49,248 bases of DNA from a virus. Lineage: Duplodnaviria; Caudoviricetes. A program made the position numbers and the translations under genes. Position 1 is the first letter of the stretch, and every line of letters starts with the position of its first letter. The stretch lies in IMG/VR virus record IMGVR_UViG_3300037440_000199, positions 1 through 49,248 of that record; one strand, given 5' to 3'. Positions 43,007-49,248 of the stretch are shown one piece after another. The notes under the pieces were generated by a model. The model saw only the letters and a program-made list of their open reading frames with translations, was not told where the DNA came from and did not search any database.

Positions 43007-45094
43007 TCAACGTGATTCGTCACCGGCGAAATGCATCGACGCCGTCGAAATTGTCGCGTACCCGCCCTTGGTGCATTCGAATTCAAACGCGAATTGCGCC
43101 GTTCGAGCCGACACCGTGATGTGGGGATTGACCGACGTATTCTTGTAGATGCGCCCGATCTCCACCTTCTCTTCTTCGTTGTTGGGATTGACCAGCACTT
43201 TCACCAGCCATTCGTTCTGACACGAGATGTCAAAGCCCGTGATAGCCTTCTCGGTGTTGGGCGCGTCCGCGTCCATGAACGGCGTGCTCACCAGCACGGG
43301 CATCTCGTCGTCTTCTGGGTACTCCGCATGGCTCTGCCCGCCGTAGAGGTAGATTATGTCCCCACCACGGCAGTACAACCGGCGGCCCCTGCGTACGAAA
43401 TCGGTGATCGGCACCGGCGGCTCGTAGTAGCTCCACGCGGTGATCTTGCTGGCCGGGAAGAACGACAGCACGTAAATTCTCTCTCCGAGAGCCAGCCAAA
43501 ACCGGCTGTCGCCGGGCTCGATGGTAGCCACCGCTTGGCTCGCGACCGTCGACGCCAGTGTCCCGAGATGATCCTGGACGAATGTATCGATCGGAGCGCC
43601 GACATCCGTCACGAAAGACGCGTTGATGTTGTCGCGCGCCCGGACTGAACGGATGCCGTTTGAATCGAGGTAGTAGACATCGTTGTTGCCGTAGGTGATA
43701 ACTGACCGTCCCGAGTGCGTGCCGGTGTTATCGAGTGTCTGTTCGTGCCTGATCTCCTCGGCGTCCGCGAAGATCGCGTACATCCGGATCTGATCCTTGG
43801 CGAACAGCGCGATGAGGTTTTGGTACTCGGCCGCCCCCACCAGGACGCCGGACCCTTGCGATTCGTTCGACGTATCGATCGTGACGGCGCCCTCCGATGC
43901 GTCGCTGTCCGTCCAGTCGGTAGGATCGTTGAGCTTGGACCCACGAAGGATCGTTTCGGCCAACGCCCAAATACGGGACTTGTATGCAAACACAAACGAG
44001 CCCGCGACGCTGCCGCCGTCGCCGGTCAACGAGTACACCGTGCCGTTCACCGTCACGGTGAACAGATCGGCGCCCTCGTACGTGCCCCCGAGCGCGATCG
44101 TGTTCTTTTGCGGCAATGCGTCTGCTTGATCGACGCCACCGCTGAAATTGATCTCGTTGACGGTTACCACGCTGTTGTGGTTGGTGGACATCGAACGCCC
44201 ATTGGCGGCCGTTCCTTCGCCTACCGGCGCTTTGATGTGGACTTGGTTGCCGTCGCGAGTCGCCGTGTATCCGTGAACCGCCGTCTTGGCGTTAATCTGG
44301 TCCTTGGTTTCAACCACCAGCCGGCCTTCTTGCGTCGGCACGGGGTTAATGGCGACTTCTGCCGCAGCGGCCAGCAACTGAACACCGTTGCTGGTCGTGA
44401 TCTGAGCGATGCGCGGCTTAGTTATGCCGCTCCCCGGCACGTTAATTACAACTCTGCCCTCGGCGCGCACCTCGTCGACTTCTTCGACGGCAGCCTGCGT
44501 CTCGGTGTTGACAGCGATTTGGTCGTCAACGCCGCCCGCGCCGTTGATGGCTGACGCCGAGATGGTGACTTCTTCCCCCAGGGTGCGCGCTTCAAGCAGG
44601 ATCGAAGCGCCGGAGGCGGTGGCGGATACATCTTCCGACACGTCTATCTTGGCCGCCAAGTTGGAGGCAAGCTGCGTGAAATCGCCCGACTCCGGGTCGA
44701 AGCCCGACACCAACACGCCGTCGTAAAAGTGGTATGTCGTGCCGTCGTCGAACGTCGCGACGACGTACAGTTTTCCCGCGAAGGCAGCGACACCCAGCAC
44801 CGCCGTCATAGCGGGATCGTCCGGCGCCTGGAGGCGCTGATAGTTCACCCCCGCGGGGATCGACGCCGCGAGATCGTCAGACCCGAACACGTAAATGTCT
44901 TCGCGCAGGCGGGCCATGCTGTGCGTGCCGGCCGGAAGGGTGAACGTAGGGACGAATCGCTTGGCGCGCTCAATGTCGCCGCCGCGCGTGATGTGGGCGT
45001 TCTTGAGCACCCACAGCGTGCCGGGGACGCCCGTCACCCGAGGGCGGCGGCGGTCCAGGCCGAACTTGAAGTCCTTTATATGGAGCTGGGCCAT
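43007..45094 (-). CDS. tail nozzle (tubular protein B-like)
   Basis: 695 aa, beta-rich; IKDFKFGLD...LKNAHITRGGDIE; AWSYY. Confidence 0.75.
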   Translation of the reverse strand: MAQLHIKDFKFGLDRRRPRVTGVPGTLWVLKNAHITRGGDIERAKRFVPTFTLPAGTHSMARLREDIYVFGSDDLAASIPAGVNYQRLQAPDDPAMTAVLGVAAFAGKLYVVATFDDGTTYHFYDGVLVSGFDPESGDFTQLASNLAAKIDVSEDVSATASGASILLEARTLGEEVTISASAINGAGGVDDQIAVNTETQAAVEEVDEVRAEGRVVINVPGSGITKPRIAQITTSNGVQLLAAAAEVAINPVPTQEGRLVVETKDQINAKTAVHGYTATRDGNQVHIKAPVGEGTAANGRSMSTNHNSVVTVNEINFSGGVDQADALPQKNTIALGGTYEGADLFTVTVNGTVYSLTGDGGSVAGSFVFAYKSRIWALAETILRGSKLNDPTDWTDSDASEGAVTIDTSNESQGSGVLVGAAEYQNLIALFAKDQIRMYAIFADAEEIRHEQTLDNTGTHSGRSVITYGNNDVYYLDSNGIRSVRARDNINASFVTDVGAPIDTFVQDHLGTLASTVASQAVATIEPGDSRFWLALGERIYVLSFFPASKITAWSYYEPPVPITDFVRRGRRLYCRGGDIIYLYGGQSHAEYPEDDEMPVLVSTPFMDADAPNTEKAITGFDISCQNEWLVKVLVNPNNEEEKVEIGRIYKNTSVNPHITVSARTAQFAFEFECTKGGYATISTASMHFAGDESR

Positions 45095-45100
45095 GCGGCG

Positions 45101-45814
45101 CTACCGCACAAATAGCGCCAACGTGAACGGCTTCTTCTCTGGATGGCCGCCGAGCGTGTAGAACCGGCTGCCGCCCTTGGTGCGGCCCTTGAGCCGGCTG
45201 TAGAGCGCCTGCGCGGCGCTCGCCTTGGCACCAGCGTCTTTGCTTTCCTGTCGCGCCAGCAGTTCGGCCGCGCTGAACAGGACGACGAGATTGTCGTCGA
45301 GCAGGCAAATGTCGCCGTCGTTCACGAGCCGCGTGAACTTCCGGAAGCCCGTGAAGTGTAGCTTCTGGTCGTTCGTGTCGGGGATCGGCCAAACCTCGAT
45401 CTGTTCCGCGTCGCCGGTGAACCGCACGTCCCACTTCAGGACGGGGCCGTTGCGCTCGTCTTCTTCGCTGTCGATTGAGTTGTAGTCGTTGGCGTCTATA
45501 CCTCGCTCGACCGGGTACGAGAGCCCCGACCACCGAACAGCGATCTCCTCGATCCGGTCATAGTCCATCGGCGCGGGGATGTCGGGGTCGGATGGCACCG
45601 ACGGCGGGTCGTAGTAGCGTTCGCCCTGGAGCAGCGGGATGGTGGCGAACTGGCGCAGATGCGGCCAGTCGTAGTCGGCGTACAGGGCTTCGTAGTTGCG
45701 GTTGATCGTGCGCTTCAGCGACGCCACATCGCCGGTGCTGACCGCTACGTCAGTCGTGCGGCCCAGTTCATCACGCAACATCGTGACCATCGTGAGGAAC
45801 TGGGAACCGCGCAC
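45101..45814 (-). CDS. head-tail adaptor (tubular protein A-like)
   Basis: IN..Y..L...DWPHL; IEVWPIPD; synteny. Confidence 0.75.
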   Translation of the reverse strand: MRGSQFLTMVTMLRDELGRTTDVAVSTGDVASLKRTINRNYEALYADYDWPHLRQFATIPLLQGERYYDPPSVPSDPDIPAPMDYDRIEEIAVRWSGLSYPVERGIDANDYNSIDSEEDERNGPVLKWDVRFTGDAEQIEVWPIPDTNDQKLHFTGFRKFTRLVNDGDICLLDDNLVVLFSAAELLARQESKDAGAKASAAQALYSRLKGRTKGGSRFYTLGGHPEKKPFTLALFVR

Positions 45815-45817
45815 AGG

Positions 45818-46249
45818 TTACGCCTCGATCTGCGCCGGTTCCTTGGCGATCCGGGTCCGGCGAACGTCCTTCATCGCCTCCAAGTCGACGATCTCTCCCT
45901 CGCCTTCGATGACGGGCTTCGGCGCGTCACCCACCGTGATGTCGGCAAGTTCGCACGGCATCGGCGTGCCGACACCGAACACCTTGTCGACCAGCATCTT
46001 GCCGGAATGCTTCGACGACGTGTAGCGTTGCGCCAGGTGCTCGCGCTCGGCATCGTCGCCGCGGCGCACCGCCTTGGTGAGCTTCTTGATCTGGACGACC
46101 CCCGGGTTGCCGCGCTCGTTGTCGCCGTGGATATGCTGGAGCAGCTTGATCTCGGCCGCCGTCACCATCGACTTCGGAACCTGATTGTCTTTGGAGCCGT
46201 GGAGTTGGACAGTGCAGTCGTATAGATGACGCAAGTCGGAAGGCATCAA
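45818..46249 (-). CDS. hypothetical virion-region protein
   Basis: 143 aa; VTAAEIKLLQHIHG. Confidence 0.65.
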   Translation of the reverse strand: MMPSDLRHLYDCTVQLHGSKDNQVPKSMVTAAEIKLLQHIHGDNERGNPGVVQIKKLTKAVRRGDDAEREHLAQRYTSSKHSGKMLVDKVFGVGTPMPCELADITVGDAPKPVIEGEGEIVDLEAMKDVRRTRIAKEPAQIEA

Positions 46250-46265
46250 TCACCCTTTGGTTGGT

Positions 46266-46289
46266 GGGAGCGGCCGCAAAGCCGCTCCC
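46266..46289 (-). terminator. hairpin after the capsid/decoration genes
   Basis: GGGAGCGGC/GCCGCTCCC 9-bp stem; lacks a U-tract. Confidence 0.4.
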
Positions 46290-46295
46290 GAGTTA

Positions 46296-47186
46296 TTAGC
46301 CGGCGAACTGCGCGATCCCGCGATTGGCCGGATCAGGCAGCACGACCATCAGCTTGAACGCCGTAGCGCCGTCGGTCGCCGTGTTCGGGTCGTAGGTGCC
46401 GCGCACGTCGCCGGTCGTCGCCGTCGGCGTGGTGTTGACACCCAGGACCAGCGTGCCGGCAGTCGCCGCCACACCATCTTCCAGTTCGGCCAGAACGTAA
46501 GCCGCGGCGCCCATGTACGCCGGCAGGCCGAGCACGTCGCCGAAGCCCACGAAGGCGTCGTTGGCGATGGTGGCGCTTGCCGCGATGCTGTCCACCTGCT
46601 TGAACGCCTTCTTGCCGGGAACCACGGTCGTACCGTTGAGCGTGATGTTCTCGACCATCGTGTTGCCGTACACGTCCTTGCCGGTGATCGTCAGAACGGC
46701 GGTGTCCGCACCACCCGAGTCAGCGGTGAGGTTGCGCGGCACGTCAAGCACCACCGGCGTAGCCGTCAGTGTGAGAGTGTGCGCGCCGGTGTCGCTCTGC
46801 GCTTCCGCAACGCCATTCACGTCCGCCACGACGGGGGCGCCGAGGTCGATCATGTACGCGTCCAACGGGACGGTCGCGATCGGCAACTCGAACGCACCCG
46901 GAGCGGTGTCATCCGCGCCGAGAATGTCGAGTTGCACGTGGACGCGCGAGCCGGCCGCGATAGTGGTCGACCCGTTGTATGTGACGGTGATGTTCGACGC
47001 GCCGAACGACAGCGAAACCTCGCCGGCCTCCGCCGTGTAGAGATACTGATGGGTGTCCACCCACACAGTGTGCTTGTTACCGCCCGCGAACGTCCCGGCT
47101 GCGGTGTTCGCGGGATAGTTCACCGTGAACGTACCCGCCGACACGACCGCCGAGGAGACAGCAGCTTCTACGATCTTGAAAGTCAT
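46296..47186 (-). CDS. capsid decoration/minor head protein
   Basis: 296 aa after the capsid gene; PRNLT...ITGKDVYG...GKKAFK...GDVLGLP...TATTGDVRGTY. Confidence 0.7.
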   Translation of the reverse strand: MTFKIVEAAVSSAVVSAGTFTVNYPANTAAGTFAGGNKHTVWVDTHQYLYTAEAGEVSLSFGASNITVTYNGSTTIAAGSRVHVQLDILGADDTAPGAFELPIATVPLDAYMIDLGAPVVADVNGVAEAQSDTGAHTLTLTATPVVLDVPRNLTADSGGADTAVLTITGKDVYGNTMVENITLNGTTVVPGKKAFKQVDSIAASATIANDAFVGFGDVLGLPAYMGAAAYVLAELEDGVAATAGTLVLGVNTTPTATTGDVRGTYDPNTATDGATAFKLMVVLPDPANRGIAQFAG

Positions 47187-47198
47187 CTGTGCTTCTCC

Positions 47199-48239
47199 TT
47201 AAGCGATCGAGTACACGCCGTGGCAGTTGCGCTGGTCACAGACCAGGCCGCCGACCCACGTTTTTGCGCGATACATGACGTACTTCTCGGCAGGCCGGGA
47301 AGGCTTGTGGTCCCTCATCGACTCGCCTTCGATCGGCATCGGATAGATGTGCCGGCAGTCGAGCACATACAGGTACTTCGCCTTGCTCATGTCATCGAGC
47401 GTCGGGTCGTACATGATCGGCTTGCCCTTGAAGGCGATGTCGGCCACGCTGGCGTCGATCGAGCCCTTGTTGGCCCAACCGTCGAGCGTGTAGTTGCCCT
47501 TCGCGCGAAGCTCCTGCTCAAACCAGTCCATGAAGTCGGAACCGGCCAAGAGAGTATCCGGGCGGCCGCCGAACCTACGGAGCTGCCTGAACTCACGCTG
47601 GAGCGTCTGCACGACGTTCTGATCGCCGGCGGTCGTCGCCGTCAGGTTGAGCGACGCGCGATTGCGCCACCAGGTGTTCGCCGACTGGTCGATACCGCCG
47701 ACCGTCACCGCGCTGGTGGGGTCGTCGAGGATGAACGACGTGATGCCGGGCACTTCCTTGGCGTCCTGGGTACCGTCTTCCCAGAACATGTTGTTCATGC
47801 CCCGTTCGGTACCTTCCTGCATGTCCTCGATCTTGTCGTTGAGCAGGTCGGCCAGGCGAATCATCTCGCCTTCGTGCGCCGCAGTCTTGGAGCCATCCTG
47901 GGTGTCGGTGATCGAGATGCCGTTCTTCAGCAACTCGTGCATCGTCACCTTGATGCCGGAGTGGATGAGCTTCCACGGGAACGAGGCGGTCTTGATGTTC
48001 GCCGGGTTGCCGTAGGTGACATCCTCGTCGTGCTCGAAGCCCTGGATGTCGGTCGTGTAGATGCCCTTCACCCGGACGGTGATGTTTTCGAGAGACCCAG
48101 GGAAGGACTTTTCCTTGCCCATGAGCTTTTCGAGAAGCGGCTTCTCCTGGAGCGTCTGCGAGACGATCTTGCCCTTCTTGAAGTGGAAGTCGATCGCGGC
48201 CTGTGCCGCGTTCTCAAGTTCCTGAACCGTAAACGGCAT
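47199..48239 (-). CDS. major capsid protein
   Basis: 346 aa after the scaffold; TVGGID....WWRN; FKGKPIMYDPTLD; AAAGGA RBS. Confidence 0.85.
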   Translation of the reverse strand: MPFTVQELENAAQAAIDFHFKKGKIVSQTLQEKPLLEKLMGKEKSFPGSLENITVRVKGIYTTDIQGFEHDEDVTYGNPANIKTASFPWKLIHSGIKVTMHELLKNGISITDTQDGSKTAAHEGEMIRLADLLNDKIEDMQEGTERGMNNMFWEDGTQDAKEVPGITSFILDDPTSAVTVGGIDQSANTWWRNRASLNLTATTAGDQNVVQTLQREFRQLRRFGGRPDTLLAGSDFMDWFEQELRAKGNYTLDGWANKGSIDASVADIAFKGKPIMYDPTLDDMSKAKYLYVLDCRHIYPMPIEGESMRDHKPSRPAEKYVMYRAKTWVGGLVCDQRNCHGVYSIA

Positions 48240-48265
48240 TTCCTTTGCGCCTTCGAGTTATTCCG

Positions 48266-49246
48266 TCACGCCGAGAGCCGCTGCTTGATCGCGTCAAGTA
48301 CAGACGTTGGCTCCGCAACCGTGCGGGTCGAAGACTCACCGGACACCGGTTTCACCGCAGTCGCCGTTGGCTGGAACCGCTTGATTTCCTTGGTGACCTT
48401 GTCGTGGACGCCGTTGAGCATCTTCGCTAGGTCATCCGCGGTTTGCGGGTAGCCATTCCTGACGACGTGAAGCTCGACCAATTCGTGTACGCGGTCAGCC
48501 TTCAGATGCCAGTCAGGATCGGAAGTCCGTTTAGCCGTTTCCCACTTGCTCGCCGCATCGGAGATATTCTGAACCAAGGATTGCTGCGCTCGCTGCTGGG
48601 CTTCCGCTTCAGTCCGTTGCTGCGTTTGCTGCTCACGGACACCTGCGAAGTGGCTTTTGCTGCGAAGCGTCGCGATCTCCCGCGCGTGCGGCTCGGTGAT
48701 GTAACCAAGCCGGACCTGTTCTTGCAGGTCATCCGGGATAACCGCCCCGGCCGCTTGCTGAAGCTGCGCGACGACCGGCATTAAGGCTTCCAGCGCCCGA
48801 TGTGGGTCACCGGATTTCACCGCCGCGACGATCCCCAACGTATTGTTGAACTCGTCGGGCGAGAGCCCGATTCGCTGCATGAAGCCTTGCAGTTTCTCAG
48901 CTTCGGCCGCCTTGGGCTGGAGACTTTCGATCTCCGCTTTCAGGGTTTTGGTCTGGCCGACGAGGTGCTGGAACCTGCGCCGCGTCTTTTCCTTAAGCTC
49001 TTGGAACTCCTCGTCGGAAAACTCGTCAGGATCGGGCTCACCTTCGGCTTTCGCCTCTGGATCGGCCTTCGTTTCCTGGGTTTGCGAAGCCGGCGGAGCT
49101 TCTTCAGCCTTCGGTGCGAGGGCGGCTTTAACGCTCTCGAGTATCGTCGGCTCAGCGCCTTGAGTTTCCGTCGTGGACGAAGCGGCGGGAGGTGCGTCCT
49201 GGGTAGTCGGTACTGGTGCGGCGGCAACAGCCTCCGCGGTCTCCGG
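48266..49246 (-). CDS. scaffolding protein (5' truncated by window end)
   Basis: frame is open from the window end (PETAEAVAAAP...KTRRRFQHL...MQRIG); acidic low-complexity N-terminus and coiled coils. Confidence 0.75.
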   Translation of the reverse strand, partial: PETAEAVAAAPVPTTQDAPPAASSTTETQGAEPTILESVKAALAPKAEEAPPASQTQETKADPEAKAEGEPDPDEFSDEEFQELKEKTRRRFQHLVGQTKTLKAEIESLQPKAAEAEKLQGFMQRIGLSPDEFNNTLGIVAAVKSGDPHRALEALMPVVAQLQQAAGAVIPDDLQEQVRLGYITEPHAREIATLRSKSHFAGVREQQTQQRTEAEAQQRAQQSLVQNISDAASKWETAKRTSDPDWHLKADRVHELVELHVVRNGYPQTADDLAKMLNGVHDKVTKEIKRFQPTATAVKPVSGESSTRTVAEPTSVLDAIKQRLSA

Positions 49247-49248
49247 GG

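Noticed and set aside
46257-48452. 731-aa plus-strand ORF and similar long antisense ORFs (e.g. 19104-20681, 39594-40844)
   Set aside because: Shadow frames of high-GC genes on the opposite strand with no recognisable motifs
1-49248. Exact circular closure of the window
   Set aside because: Joining the ends gives an in-frame stop with no start codon for the scaffold, so some sequence is missing; no terminal repeat is seen

Overview
Near-complete, circularly permuted genome of a temperate, podovirus-like (short-tailed) dsDNA phage, very probably of an Alphaproteobacterium. Host evidence is a GapR/DUF2312 gene and an attP core matching the 3' half of an alphaproteobacterial-type tRNA-Glu. The minus strand carries the virion and packaging genes (scaffold, capsid, adaptor, nozzle, ejection proteins, lysis cassette, TerS, SLT, tailspike, TerL, portal). 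The scaffold is cut by the window end. The plus strand carries an early small-ORF region and an APSE-like replication module (RuvC-like, DUF2800, Dam, DUF2815 SSB, MazG, dNMP kinase, PolA). A repressor/xis/integrase/attP block sits between them. The most unusual content is regulatory and non-coding. (1) A tandem array of three promoter-structured ncRNA-terminator cassettes lies at 10.3-10.9 kb. (2) A complete type II hammerhead ribozyme lies at 14116-14187, inside a repeat-punctuated array of small early genes. (3) About 15 copies of an asymmetric 16-bp motif (TGTNGRAWANTGAGAC) sit at gene junctions and promoters, reminiscent of stoperators. (4) Several junction-repeat gene arrays occur, including four consecutive genes, the integrase among them, that all end in EKKG* next to attP. 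All family assignments come from motifs recognised by eye; no database searches or folding programs were run.
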